Shown: in pieces, positions 39,426 through 53,420 of the stretch
How the letters are laid out: each line of letters opens with the position of its first letter
Position numbering within the stretch: position 1 is the stretch's first letter
DNA from: Octopus sinensis
Lineage: Eukaryota
DNA length: 64,000 bases
Direction: 5' to 3'
Assembly (NCBI RefSeq): GCF_006345805.1
Contig: NC_043002.1
Coordinates: forward strand, 18,352,001-18,416,000
Position numbers and translations under genes: made by a program
Notes under the pieces: model-generated
What the model was told of the DNA's origin: nothing
Seen by the model: only the letters and a program-made list of their open reading frames with translations
The model's database searches: none

Positions 39426-40573
39426 TTATGCATATATGTGTGTGAGAGCTTGCTTTTACAAAGAGGAAAGGAGAAATAAGTCAATAAGTGATGTGGTCTA
39501 CACACTCTTTGTTATTAACAGTAAATAATAGGGGAATTACGTAAAGTCTTGGTGTCTGTTTCAAAGCACTTGTAAACCTATATACTTCCTTCATACCTAA
39601 CAAAATACATACATACAAACGTATATACATACATCCATCCATACATGCATAAATACATATAGACAGACAGACAGACACAGAAGGAAGGACATAGTTCGTA
39701 TTTCCTCTCCTCTCCTTTTCTGACTTTCAGTATTGGTGTATGCAAATAATATTACATGTATATACACACAGCCATAAACACACAGGCATGTAAGTACATA
39801 CACTCTTAGATGCACACAAGCTCACGTCCACAGACTCACACACAAATACACACATACACACATACACACACACACATACACACACAAAGTAAGTGGGAGT
39901 AAGAGATAGTCATCTATACAGTAAAAGAGAGGGAAAATTCCGTAAAACAAAATTGCATTCATTACTGTGGAAAGAAGGAAGAAAGTAGTTATTTTTACTG
40001 ACGAATAATATGTATTTCACATTTATCTGAACGCTACGAAACTTTTTTTACTCACTAAATATACGCCTTCAATTAGAGGTGTTTGTGTGGGCGAAGAGAG
40101 AAATAATTTCTGCAAATGTGCATATGACTTCATGTGCAAGTGTCTCTATGCTATCAATGATATTCTGTGTCTAAGCTGCGTCTAAGTTGCGCGTATATGC
40201 AGCATGTCAGTTGGGGTGGTAGGTGAGTGTGTTCATTTCGTTTTCATTATCGTTAGAAATGGTGGCAATTTTTGTAAATGCGTTGGTATAATAATGAACA
40301 AAATCCTCATTTAAAATTCCTAGATGTCATATTCGCTTGCAATATTTTAAGGCATAAGAACATGTGGCCGGGATGACACGGTTAGGAATATTTTTATTGC
40401 TTGAATTCCTAGTTTAGAGAACAATTCAGGAATTCGCATACAGACATGCAGAATTTAATTTTTAGAATTAAATATATTTATGTTTATATATAAGCGTGAG
40501 TGTTGAGTGTCTATATATATGAATATGCATGTATGTATGTATGTATGTATGTATGTATGTATGTATGTATGTA

Positions 40574-40634
<61 letters not shown>

Positions 40635-40719
40635 AATAAGGATAAGGTCGATATTTAAGTACCGATCTTATCAGGTGGCCAGCATGGAAATAAAAACCTT
40701 TCAAAGGTAATAATTATTT

Positions 40720-41628
40720 AAAATTACAATTTAAGGTATCTAAGAGATAACTCCACGCTGGAAACAGCAGCCAAAACTTGGCTCTAAAACCACATTAAAT
40801 GTTCATATAGCACTAGGAGAGAAGACAAAGAGACAAAATAAACTATCCGGTAATTTTTTTGCTAGTTTATTTTCTCTTTCTCATCTCTCCTGGTGCTGTA
40901 TGAACATTTAATGTGGTTTTAGAGTCAAGTTTTGACTGCTATTTCCAGCGTGGTGGTATCTCTTGGATACCCTAAATTATAATTTCATATATATATATAT
41001 ATATATATAACTTTAGGGTATAAAAAATATATACCAGCTATCTTAGAAAGAAGAGTCAACTCTCCAAGGCCCAAAGCTGCTTCTCACTGTAAACAAAACA
41101 AACACGGTTAATGTTGCAAAAGTAAGAAAAGGATTGCCCTTACCTTTGCAAAAGCACAAAGAAAAGTACAGTCATCTCTGTATCAATTGATTTCACCTTT
41201 AGGAACATCATCCGAGCATACCGCATATAACTTTTTTTCTTTTTTTCTTTTTTTAAATATAAACACTACACCGTACGCGTCTGTTCGTTTGAATGCCCCC
41301 GCGACATTCAAAATCGAACAATAGTGAGTAAGTAAAATTTTGAAAAAATATCATTATTATTAAAAATAATAACAATAAAGTGGCTAGCAAGCATTACCAA
41401 TATAGGTAAATACGCATAAAAATTTAGGGTATTTAAGGTATATACCAGCTACGCTAGAAAGAAGAGTGTTTTGACTATAGTGAAAAATATGTGGCTTTGT
41501 AGATTTGACTGTTCTTTCTAGCATAGCTGGTATATATTTTTTATACCTTAAATTTTTATGTATGTTTACCTACATCGCTTAAGTTTACCGGCCACTGTAT
41601 TATTATTATTATTTTCAGTAGTTTTTTT
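40720..41628. repeat. Nested inverted duplications around (TA)n
   Basis: 40720-40845 / 40863-40986; 41012-41061 and 41342-41466 versus 41493-41628. Confidence 0.8.
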
Positions 41629-42337
41629 TATTTTAGCGTGCTTTCACTTCACTACCGAGCGCAGCTCTGTGTGCCTTGGGTATGTGCTGTGATTTTTTGT
41701 GATGCTCTGATGGTTATTGTATGGAAAGTGTTCTGCGTAGGATGTGTGCAGTGCCTAGTAGTGCAATTTTCTGTATGTTATATGTGTTTGTAAGTCCTGG
41801 TGTTTTTGTTATGTATTTGTCTGAATATTTTTTTATCATGCCTAATGCACCTACTATGATAGGAATTGTTTCTGTTTCAGATTCCACATTCTAGTTACCT
41901 CTATTTCCAGGTCTTTGTATTTTGAGAGTTTCTCCATTTCTTTTAGAAACACGTTGTCATCTGCCGGTACTGATACATCAATTAGAAAGCATTTTTTTCT
42001 TCATGGTCTCTGACAACTATATCTGGTCTGTTGGCCTTAATTTCTCTATCTGTGTGTATCGGCATATCCCAGAGTATGGTTGCTTTCTCGTTTTCTGTGA
42101 CCTTTTCTGGTGTGTGCCTATACCATCTTTTTTCTGTTGTTATTCCATAATGTTGGCATAGCTTCCAATGTATGTAAGTTCCAACTCTGTCATGTCTGTG
42201 AATATATTCCTTCTTAGCCAGGACTGGGCAGCTAGAGATAATATGATTTATTGTTTCTTGTCCATCTCCACATATTCTGCAGTTATTTGTAATATTTCTT
42301 TTCATTACATGTTTTTGGTAATTTCTGGTGGGGAGGC
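41600..42337 (-). mobile_element. 5'-truncated Dong/R4-like RLE non-LTR retrotransposon in a (TAA)n tract
   Basis: CRICGDGQETINHIISSC knuckle, RHD, NRPDIVVRD, KYKDL, ..GTAHILRRTLS*; TAA repeats at both ends. Confidence 0.85.
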
Positions 42338-42375
42338 TTATTATTATTATTATTATCATTATTATTATTATTATA

Positions 42376-42426
<51 letters not shown>

Positions 42427-42539
42427 AATAATAATAATAATATCTTATTTTCTATTTGTATGTATGTATGCAAACTGATCTTCAAACTGATTTTCTTGAA
42501 CGTTTCCTAAGCAAGGGTGAGTGTTGGGTTCATTACTTT

Positions 42540-43310
42540 GAGCCAGCGACAAAAAGACAATCTGTGTAGTGGAAACATCCCTCCTCGCCTGCTCCATCGA
42601 AGGCCAAATTTGTTTCGTCCGTAGGGAAGGTGATGGCCTCGATTTTTTGGGGTGCAAAAGAATTTTGTTTATTGATTATCTTTAAAAGGGCCACACCATC
42701 AATATAGAGTACAACGTCAACTTCTGAGGCAGTTACGAAAGGCAATCAAGACTAACCGCCCAGGAAAACTGATGAAAACTCCGGTTTTATCAGGACAATG
42801 CTCCAGCACACAAGTCCTTTGTTTCAATGGCTGCTATGTGTAACTGGCATCGAACTGTTTGGCCACCCTCCTTATTCTCTTGATTTTACCCCATAAGGCG
42901 GCGAGCTGGCAGAAACGTTAGCACGTCGGGCAAAATGCGTAGCCGTATTTCATCTGCCGTTACGTTCTGAGTTCAAATTCCGCCGAGGTAGCCTTTGCCT
43001 TTCATCCTTTCGAGGTCGATAAATTAAGTACCAGTTACGCACTGAGGTCGATGTAATCGACTTAACTCGTTTGTTTGTCCTTGTTTGTCCCCTCTGTGTT
43101 TAGCCCCTTGTGGGTAGTAAAAATATTTTTTCTTGATTTGACCCCATCTGACTATCATCTATTTCCCAACATGAAAAGACACTTGGCTGTGAACCAATAT
43201 TGCAGTGATGATGATTTCATATATGTTGATGATGATGAGTTCTTTAACCAACAGGATGAAAGCTTCTTCACCAAATGGATCCAAGCACATCTATCGACTA
43301 CGTAACTTTT
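42540..43310 (+). pseudogene. Mariner (DD34D) transposase fragment split by a SINE
   Basis: MASIFWG, QDNAPAH, DLTPSDYHLFPNMK. Confidence 0.85.
42896..43122 (+). mobile_element. Family-A SINE with 17-bp TSD
   Basis: TCTTGATTT(T/G)ACCCCAT on both sides. Confidence 0.9.
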
Positions 43311-43466
43311 ATCACCTTCACTATCCCCCTATAACTGCTAGTCAATTCCAGTGTTTATCGAATTTAACTTAGGTGATATAAAGAGAAATCGACTGGAGAA
43401 ATCAACCAGCCAAGCAAACGAGCAGCCAGCCAACATTTATACCGGGTATTATTATACAGAGATGAA

Positions 43467-43660
43467 AGGCGACGAGCTGGCAGAATCGTTAGCGCGCTGG
43501 ACGAAATGCATAGCGGCATTTCAAATTTCGCCGAGGTCTGCTTTGTCTTTCCTCCTTTCGGGGTCGACAAATTAAGTACCGGTGAAACACTGAGGTTGAT
43601 GTAATCGATTAAATCTTTTTGCCCCAAACGTCAGGCTTTTTGCCTTTAGTAGAAATAATT
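43467..43660 (+). mobile_element. Family-A SINE, diverged
   Basis: Consensus match; TATTATACAGAGATG recurs on both sides. Confidence 0.8.
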
Positions 43661-44379
43661 ATTATACAGAGATGTGTACGAGGATGTAGTGAGAGATAGG
43701 GAAACAGAAACTGAATAACACTGAGCTGTGAATGAGACAGAACGAAAACAATGAAAAAAAAGGTTAAAAGAAAGAAATTAGCTTAAAAGTGAGTAAATAC
43801 ATATAAGCTTTTGTGGTTAATCGCTGCAATATGAGTAGTTTTTAGAATGAGCGGTTGTTGACTTTATAGATACAAAAATATGCAAATATATATACTTAAT
43901 AAAATGATGTAAATATTTTCAGAAAAATTGTTGTAATAGCTTGAAATTGCTTTGCAAATTCAAATTTGTAGATATAAACTGATGTATTACATTATGTAAA
44001 AACATAGATGACCATTGACACATGAAAGATACTTAGTGCCATCAATGGTCACATCTCGCCAACCTCTATACGTTTTAGTTATTGATTTTCTTTGAAGATG
44101 TATTTTAATAATTAAATAAATACATGAATTGCAAATGCAATAAATAAATAAATTATAAAATTATATAGGACATCTAGATGATTTACATGGCATTAGAATT
44201 GTATGAAATTTTGATAAAACTAAGACAACTAAAATAATAAGTAAATAAATGAAAATTGATGACAAATTTAGTGTGGGTGAATTAAACATCAGATATTCTT
44301 TATTTTACGAAGAAACTACTGAGGCTACTTTAAAATATTCCCATCTCTTCTTCTGATAGGGACTTAAGCTAGTATAGTA

Positions 44380-45720
44380 GTGCAATATTGGAAGCCCTTC
44401 TGTAATTTTAAAAGGTATCTCAGGGTCACAAACTTTTCGTCTAAGTTGAATAGCAAGTACTGTATTAGACTTCACCTACAGAACGTTTACAAACCAATCT
44501 AATACAGGAATTAACACATTGATCCTGCTGGGAAAACGTGTGATGTTGCATGTCATTCTTTGACATGCACTATGAATTCAACCACGATGGTGTCGTTTTT
44601 CGAGGTCCTGGATAGAAGGAATATATCCGGTTCGAACGATGTTACTGCATCATCTTCCGAAAAGACGTGTCTGCTTTCCAGGTTCATTTGTATCTCCCAG
44701 TTTGTGATTTGATGTAAAATTAAAAGCTGTCCTCCACAACAGCTTTTGTTTCAAAATATCACCTCCCTTGAGGATTTGATATCTTTAAGTAGTGGTAGTT
44801 GCTGCTATTCAGCCTTTCCTCTTTCCAGGTTCGTCCACTTGGCAATCTGAATGAAAGATATTATCATGCCTAACTGTATCAGCCTTCTTTCAGTTCATTT
44901 TCGGCGTTTAGTCAAAATGTGATTCAGAGTGCAAAGCGCTGAAAGTTAGGACAACGTCCTGCCACTTCCGCAAAAATTTACTACACAATCTTCCCAAAGC
45001 CTATGTGAGCCATAGCAAAATCGTAATGCAGGAATGATCACTGTATACTGAGTATGATGCTACACTGGAAGTATCACACTTTAAATATCACACTTTAAAC
45101 CTTCCTCGTAGCCTGAGTGAGTCATCTACCGTGAGCAGTCGACAAATACCAGTTGTTGTTTATTTGGTTCTTAGTGTCCTTGGCATTGCCAATGCCTTTC
45201 AGAGAGTTGTCATAATATTTACCGAGACATTGTATTACTTTGCCCAAGTTCTTGGAACCTCATACCTTTTTCTTTACTACCCACAAGGGGCTAAACACAG
45301 AGGGGACAAACAAAGGCAGACAAACGGATTAAGTCGATTATATCGACCTCAGTACGTAGCTGGTACTTAATTTATCGACCCCGAAAGGATGAAAGGCAAA
45401 GTCGACCTCGGAGGAATTTGAACTCAGAACGTAGCGGCAGACGAAATACAGCTACGCATTTCGCCCGGTGTGCTAACGTTTCTGCCAGCTCGCCACCTTG
45501 GAATCTCATACCCTTGAATGCTGAAGATGTTGTTTCTTGGTTTTTCTTTAAGGATACGTGACCATTGAGGCATATTTCCCAACGAACTCAAAGGTTTCAA
45601 AGTTCCTTGTTTTGATGATGTTGTGACTGTTATGCCGTCCATAAAGACCCTGAAAACTGGACGTCTTATTTTTCAATCAGTTTCTGGTCCTTTAGACTGC
45701 TTCCTTTCCCTATCTTGTGT
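44380..45720 (-). pseudogene. Decayed RLE non-LTR retrotransposon (HERO/NeSL-like C-terminus)
   Basis: Minus strand, frameshifted: CTLNHIL, RHDNI, FEPDIFLLSRTSKNDTIVVEF. Confidence 0.55.
45268..45497 (-). mobile_element. Family-A SINE with 16-bp TSD
   Basis: CTTGGAA(C/T)CTCATACC on both sides. Confidence 0.9.
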
Positions 45721-45819
45721 AGATTCATGGCAGCCACAAACAGAACAATGAATCTCAATTTAAATCCAGTGAATCCACATCACATGCGATATCACTAGCT
45801 TGACTATTGCTATAATATT

Positions 45820-46125
45820 GTGAGTACTACAATGGACTAGTGGTAGAAGCAGCGGACTCGTGGTCGAGGGATCGCGGGTTCGAATCGCAGACCGGGCGAT
45901 GTGTGTGTTTATGAGCGAAATACATAAGCTCCACGCGGCCTCGGCAGAAGATAATGGCGAATCTCTGCAGACTCTTTCGCCACAACTTTCACTCACTATT
46001 TCCTCCTGCATCTTGCATCTCACCTGCGACGGACCAGAGTCCCGTCCAGGTAGGGAACCTATACGCCAAGGAAACCGGGAAACCGGCCCTTATGAGCCAG
46101 GCATGACTCGGGAAGGAACAAACAA
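45820..46125 (+). mobile_element. Family-D SINE
   Basis: Matches the 27396 copy. Confidence 0.85.
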
Positions 46126-46369
46126 TTTCCTCTGGATTTGCCGATGAGACACACTTCGAAAGACTTCGATATGATTGATCTATACTGCTGAGAGTGTCTG
46201 CTTTTTGTCTGCATCCTTGGTGATCTGGCTTATTCCTGATGGATGTTTGAGGTGAGGAAAGGGAATGAGGAGTGTATAGCCAAGTGGTAAGTGTAAACTC
46301 AAAACAATTAAATGAGGAATTAAACTAGTGCATATACGCAGCTAAAATAAATAGGGTAGAATAATAATG

Positions 46370-46815
46370 ATTCCAAATTTTGGCACAGAACCAGCAATGT
46401 GGAGGGCGTGGCAAGTCGATTACATAGACCCCACTACTCAACTGGTACTTATTTTATCGACCCCAGAAAGAATGAAAGGTAAAGTTGACCTCAGTAACAT
46501 TTGAACTCAGAATGTAAAGAACCGGAAGAAGTGCTGCTAAACAATTTGTTCGGCGTACTTATGATCCTGACAGCTCGCTGCTTTGATGGACTGGAATAAT
46601 AATTCTTCTATAGACAAAAGGCTTGCAATTTCAGAGGAAGGTTTAGTTGATTACATGGACTCCGATGCTTAAATGGTAGTTATCTTATCGATCCAGAAAG
46701 GATGAAAGGGCAAAGTCGACTTTGGTGGCATTTGAACTCGGAACATAAAGAGCCAGAAGAAATATCACTCAGCATTTTGTTCGTCGCGCTTACAATTCTG
46801 CCAGCCCGCTCACTT
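46370..46815 (-). mobile_element. Two older family-A-related SINEs
   Basis: TTTGAACTC and GAAAG..TGAAAGG..AAAGT.GAC each occur twice. Confidence 0.7.
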
Positions 46816-47689
46816 CATGGACAGGAATAATAATGAGAATAAAAAAAATATCGTTTGAGTTAAAAAGTTTGGTGATTATAAACGGTTCTGTGTACTCTAG
46901 AGTATCCTATGAGAAAATATTAATCTATTTAAAATATTGAAAATCTTTAAAAACTTAATACTAAACATTAAATTAATATTGGATATTAAATTAATATTAA
47001 ATATTATTATTGAATATTAATATTAAATATTATTATCCAATTTCAAATATTACATATTAATAATAAATATTAACATTAAATGAATATTAAAAGGTAACAA
47101 AGAGGAAAAGTGTGATAACATAAAAACTAATTAAATGTATCATTTACACTCCATCTTTTAAACTTTAACAACGTGCAGATGAAGAAAATGGACATATCCA
47201 CAAAAACATGTAAAAGTATACATGAAATATATGAATAATATTGTGACCACGAAATTTTATTATAAAACTGCAAGGAGATTTTATTTCTACGAAAAATAAG
47301 AGAACACACGAAAATGCACAACTTCTCCTGACAAACAGTTTTATCCAACATTTTAAGATTACTTCTTTTATTCATAAAAATGTTCGAGTAAAATTGAAAA
47401 TGAGTCTCAATATATTTCGTAAAAGGAGTTAAAGTCTTCTGGACATCACTGTACCGAGCTGTAGGGTTAACAGGATTGGGTATGACGTATGTGACCGGGA
47501 TCAAAACATTCTTCTGCCACTGGAAGCCAGTCCGTCGCAGGGTTGCTCATTTTCAGCTGAGTCGGCAGAGTAAAGTGAAGTTTTATACTCAAGAATACAA
47601 AGCACTGCCTGGCCCAAGAATCGAAACCACTAGGCCACTCGTCTTCACAAAAGAAACTAAAAGCAACGTGAAAAATATTCTAATCAAAG

Positions 47690-48310
47690 GTTTGTTCAGA
47701 GGGATAAAACTAAAACGCATTATCAATTGAGAAAATCTCTATCTACAGACGTATTACTAATTCTATCGCTGTCTCGTATAAGAAAACTAGTGGGAATATA
47801 CTTGGAGATTTTAATATCCAAGTCTAATAAATTATGGGAAATTTAATCCCAAAGGATATACTTGAACAACTACCAGACAAATCATCATATTTTCCTGGAA
47901 ATTCCACAAAGTTACTTTCCAACAAAACCTACCCCTAATTTAATTAACCCTACGAAAACAGATATTGGGGGAATCAGCAGATGTAAACTGGAATAAATAA
48001 TACCTAAAGTAAGGAGGTATTACCGTTAACTTTATAGAAAATTGCACAAAGTCATCTGATGGTTTTAATGTGTCCCACGCGATAATACCAAATTCTTGAA
48101 ATTTGATGTTAAAGGTTTGTATTCTATTATTATTCTTTCTTTTAATAAAAGTATTAACTTTGCTGAATCTATAACTAGTATTATAACTCCAAAATTGCTA
48201 TAAGAACCGAACACAATTGTGTTTGAAAATTCTTAGCTGTACTATAAGTTTAAAAAAGGCAAAACATATTTCTGTCGATGTAGGCAGAGGGACGAGTGAA
48301 CTCCACAGAA
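47690..48310 (+). pseudogene. Decayed Penelope-like element RT fragment
   Basis: DKTKTHYQL, FPTKPTPNLINPTKTDIGGISR, KFLKFDVKGLYSII (RT motif A); same type as 20480-22100. Confidence 0.7.
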
Positions 48311-48577
48311 AAATCTAAGCTAAAACCTAAATTCCTGTAATTAAAAGGTCACTTATACCGAACTGAAACAAGGGTTCACTGTCGTTGCATCCCTATAATC
48401 GGAGAACTCATTACGGTTGAATTGATTGAAGCAATTTAAAATGAAGTATCTAGTAAAGAGCACAACAGGGGTTTTCTGGGTTTCAAACCCAACACTTTAT
48501 GATCATTAGTTCAACATTCTAACTACTAGGCTACATACATTCATACATGCTAAACACATAAGCAACCACCTCAATTC

Positions 48578-48799
48578 TGGGAAGAGGGTATTTTCAAGTT
48601 AAAGGAAAGATGGAGACGCATTGTGCAACAAAATGGTTCATATTTGGTTGATTAAAAATGTAATGGCAAGTATTTATTGACCTTTTTCTTTCCTTTAAAA
48701 CTCGGCACGAACTTTCCGGACAACCCAATAGAAATAAACTCTATTCGTATAGAACTCAAATAGAGATTTCTTTCCTATAAAGATTGATATAAATGTGAA
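48578..48799 (+). repeat. Copy of mariner 3' end plus its flank (duplicate of 53823-54031)
   Basis: Similarity continues past the TIR GGACAACCCAATA. Confidence 0.85.
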
Positions 48800-49674
48800 G
48801 TGTCGTGTGTGTATAATTCTTTATATTTCTTGAGTTCTCGAACACATAAAGCAGCTTACTCAGCGTGTAAGTAACCGAGATGGCAGCATTTTCCCTTGAA
48901 CGGGACGGCAATTTTGAGGGGAGGGCGAAAGTCGGCTACATCAGCCCTAGTTCTTGAGTGGTACTTAATCTTATCGAACCTGAAGGGATGACAGGCAAAA
49001 TTTGCCTCGCCGGTATTTGAACTCGGAACATAAAGAGCTGGAACTAACAATGCTAAACATTTTGTCCAAAGGTACTTACGATTCTGCTAGCGTGATGTCT
49101 TTGTGTCAATGTACACACACGCGTGCACATACATATATACGTACACACACACACAGACACACATGTGCAAATATGTGTAAATACATATATACACGTACAC
49201 GTATACAATTATGTATATATGTATAAAAATAGCTGTCTATGTATGTATATAAAAATGTGTGTATGTGTTTGTGTCATATGTATCTGCATGGGGCTGTGTG
49301 CGCGTGTGTGTACGTGTATGTGTCTAACATGTCTGTATCAATTTCAACTCGCTGTCTCTCAAAAACAATAGTTCTTTGCAATTATAAGCTGTGCAATCCA
49401 ATTACAAACGATGCCATTGCGTCAGTAATTTGTTATACAAACTTCTTTCAATTATTTCATTGTATCAGCATTCGGAATCTTTCTAAATAAACGAAGAAAA
49501 AGAAATAATTGATAACGCTTTTGTATTATTCGTTGTCGCATTTCTCTATTACGTGCTTTTAGAAATAAACTTTAATACAATCAAACGTTGATTGAAAAAT
49601 ATTTTTTTGTCAGAGCGTGTGCGCGCGTGTTCATGTGCTCATATATGCATGTATGTTTTTATTATGTTTATACA

Positions 49675-49720
49675 TTCCACTACTTCAAGTTTCTTACTGT
49701 TATGGCACTCATCAGTTTTC
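49675..49720 (-). ncRNA. Degenerate hammerhead candidate
   Basis: rc: CTGATGA-GTGCCATAACAGTAA-GAAA-CTT G AAG-TA; core and stem III good, stems I and II poor. Confidence 0.4.
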
Positions 49721-50751
49721 ACATTAACAATTTTTTTTGTAACATTAACGGGATTATCTTCGGCGTTCAGTTTTACAAGTATGGCGTGTTGTAAACTTCC
49801 GATTAGTCACGTTTTTTTCTGCAGTAGTTTACTAAGATACACTCGGCATCTCAGCCTGGTTTTATATCAGTATTATTATTTAGCAGGTAAAATGTTTTCT
49901 TGTGTCGGGATTTAGATATTATCTAGCCTCTTTAGTTTTAAGTATCAATTTGTTTGCTTTTATATGGGTATTTCTCTGCAGTGCATATTCGACATTTCGT
50001 TGGTATATTGAGGAAAGACCTACTACCTTAGATGATTGACCAACCGTCTCAACATGTCAGTAAATCGGTGTTCCAGAACACATACATACATGAGTAATGC
50101 TGTGGATGTTTCTCTTCTCATCATTCCCTGTTGGTTTAAGGTAGAAGAAACGTTTTTAATGGTGCCTTCGAACATGCCGATGTAACAATGCGGCACCTTC
50201 TAAGTGGTCGATCGATTTACCAGAATAGCATCCAATACAATGTTAAATTACAAACCAAACATCAAGAAAAGTGGAGCCCATTGGATAATGCAGTTCAAGA
50301 TAAGCAGTTCTCGAGGGGGTCGTAGCTAGAATATGCTTTTCGTCATACATTTCTTCATACAGGACTGAATTCGGCTAAAATTCGAGAACAACTGTATTGT
50401 AACCAACATCACTGTCATCACTACCAAAGACACATGCATCTCACTAATAGCAGGATCCAGCGAAATTAATCTTTTAAATTTGCCCACAGCCTGTCTGAAA
50501 TAACAAATTAGTCTCTATTAACTTACAAACTACATTCTCAATTTGTTAAATACTTTATTCAGCTTTAAGCATTCTTTTAAAAGCGGAATGGTGTTGGCTT
50601 GAATGGTAAGATATATATTAATATAGTATCTCTCTTTGAGAGATATAGAAACAATATTTCTATTTTATTACATCAGTGACTGTGTGTCACTTTGAAAGCT
50701 ATATATTTTCGAACGGCGAATTCAGCAACTCCACCTACCCAGACGGCTACC

Positions 50752-50792
50752 CTGTGCTGACAAAGGGAAATAACCCAGAAATCGGTCCGCAG
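50752..50792 (+). ncRNA. Type-I hammerhead motif (G8A in this copy)
   Basis: CTGTG-CTGACAA-A-GGG AAATAA CCC-A-GAAATCGGTC^CGCAG; 5-bp stem I; ~205 nt upstream of (TA)n. Confidence 0.65.
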
Positions 50793-50994
50793 ATGTTTTG
50801 TGCTGGATAGAAGTTCTAGACTCCCTGTTCTAAAATATAAGGACACAGATATTTTGTCGTATAGCCAGCTGCAAACGATGTTTCGTGGAGTTAAACAACA
50901 GTAACAATTGTCCCTTCCAGGACAGCCACATTATGTTGGCAAATAGCATTGTTTTAGCCTTCAAATGACGCCACCCCGCTTGCTAAGCGAGTAG

Positions 50995-51120
<126 letters not shown>

Positions 51121-51288
51121 ATATATATACGTTAATGAGTTTGTGTTGCGACTTTTCTGATGCGAAGTCGTGTGCTGAAACAGGTATTGTTGTATTCAGG
51201 ATGGTCATTTTTTTTTTCAAATAAATACAAGCATTATATATTCGTTGTTCACTCGTTTATTACTGTTCTTATTCTAACTCATGTCCAT

Positions 51289-51333
51289 TGTCCGAAAGTC
51301 TTTCGTCACACACCTGTGACCTCCTCGATGACA
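51289..51333 (-). ncRNA. Degenerate hammerhead, same family as 13833
   Basis: rc: TGTCA-TCGAGGA-G-GTCACA GGTG TGTGAC-GAAA-GACTT-TC^GGACA. Confidence 0.55.
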
Positions 51334-52097
51334 CTTTCCGTCTTCGTGTCTGCTTTTTCTCTGCTTATTCAATTCAGTTCTTCTTTGATGTATATCCTTA
51401 TATGCGCATGCGTCTTTGTTTGTGTATGTATGCATGTGTGTGTATGTTTTTCATTGTTCTTTGTAGCATTATGACCCTCTCCTTGGTCCCGTCCCCTACC
51501 CCGTTGCCGCTGCTGCTGCTGCTGGCCTTAAAACCGACTTTTTGTACTGTTCTTGTAACTCACTGTGTTTTTGTGTTCACTCATGCGGTTGCCATCGTGG
51601 TACTTGTTGTTGTTGTTGTTGCTGTTCTTGTTGTTGTTGCATTGCTGTTAGTCGTGGTGTAGATATTGTTGCGGCCGTCTGTGATGTTACCGTATATGTT
51701 TTTGGGTGTGCATATGGATTCGCTTCATATGTTGTTTGTAACCGTGTCCTTTATACAGTGTTTTATATCTATTTTGTTGATATTTATCATAGGAATGTGC
51801 ATATAAGTCTATTGTTTGTGTATTACATTCAGTTGAAGGATTACTCAATACATTTGCTAGAGTACAGTTAAGAAACGTTGTATTGACAACGACAGCTGAG
51901 CAATCATTGGACATTCCGAAACTTCGAAGTCACTATATGTAATATGTATGTGTGTGTTTGAGCGTGTGTATGTGTGTGTGAGTGTGTGTGTGTGTGTTTT
52001 GTATGTATTTATGTATGTATATAGTATATATTATCATATATATGTATGTGTGTATATGTATGCATGCATGTACGTATGTATGTATGTATGTATGTAT

Positions 52098-52507
52098 ACT
52101 CTTTTACTCTTTTACTTGTTTCAGTCATTTGACTGCGGCCATGCTGGAGCACCGCCTTTAGTCGAGCAAATCGACCCCGGGACTTATTCTTTGGAAGCCC
52201 AGTACTTATTCTATCGGTCTCTTTTGCCGAACCGCTAAGTGACGTGAACGTAAACACACCATCATCGGTTGCCAAGCAATGCTAGGGGGACAAACACAGA
52301 CACACAAACATATACACACACACTTATATATATATACATATATACGACAGGCTTCTTTCAGTTTCCGTCTGCCAAATCCACTCACAAGGCATTGGTCGGC
52401 CCGGGGCTATAGCAGAAGACACCTGCCCAAGATGCCACGCAGTGGGACTGAACCCGGAACCATGTGGTTGGTTAGCAAGCTACTTACTACACAGCCACTC
52501 CTGCGCC
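52098..52507 (-). mobile_element. Family-B SINE
   Basis: Matches the 4920 copy. Confidence 0.9.
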
Positions 52508-53420
52508 TATGTATGTATACATTGTCACGAAACGAGATGGTGTTAGATTAACAGCGGAAAATACTAATTCGAAGAAAGGGCGAGGGAATGAATTCTATGT
52601 CCTTTGTGCTGAAAACTCAGTTGTGAGCGTAATTTGTGAGTTAAAAGTTGAAAACGGCCATATAAGAATATTAAAGAAATGAAAACATAGTTAATGATTC
52701 TAAGCCTACTTAAGTGGTCGTAAAGAATAACGAATATGTTCATAAACCAGTTAATATGAACGTAAAGAAAAAGGTTTGTGCTTGCAAATATATCAATACA
52801 TTAAATATTAATATACTAAGGATATTAATATACGAAGTATATTAATATCTTGCGAAGTTGTTTAAAAGAAACTACAGATGTGACAAAAAAGAGAAGACCC
52901 CTGCATTCAATTTTTGATAAACGTTTGAAGAGCAAACACTTTATACACCGACCAAAACAATAACGTAACTGAAAAATTAAACATAAAGCATTAGTTTCAT
53001 AAAGCCACCGTTACCACCAGCTTCGCTCTCCAAGTACCACACTAGAAGCTGTGTAAAATAGAGGTTTTCCACTATAATCTGTATGTTTAAAGACTGGCGC
53101 TATTCTGTAGCTTATCTATAAAAGGTGAAGCGCAAAAGTATGATGAAATTACATATATAATTACACTTTATATGAAAGCCATCAATGTATAATTAAATAA
53201 TTAGACAAGAGAGAATGCAGTTGTAAACAAACCTCGTAGAACCTAAGTGAACCGTTTCTCTTCGGAGTGGATTTAAAATTAAGGGGGTAATTATTTTTAA
53301 GTGAAAGGATAATTGGATTATTCAGTGACTGAGTCGAATTGTAAACAAGGCTGGAATGGCCGGGAGGCGAAAAGAGGCAGCATCTCCCTTTCTGTCGATT
53401 TTAGAAAGACAAGTGTAAGT

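Noticed and set aside
51156-51190. Plus-strand hammerhead making the 51289 element ambisense
   Set aside because: CTGATGC..GAAACAGGTA lacks stem II, and the homologue at ~14150-14175 does not keep the core
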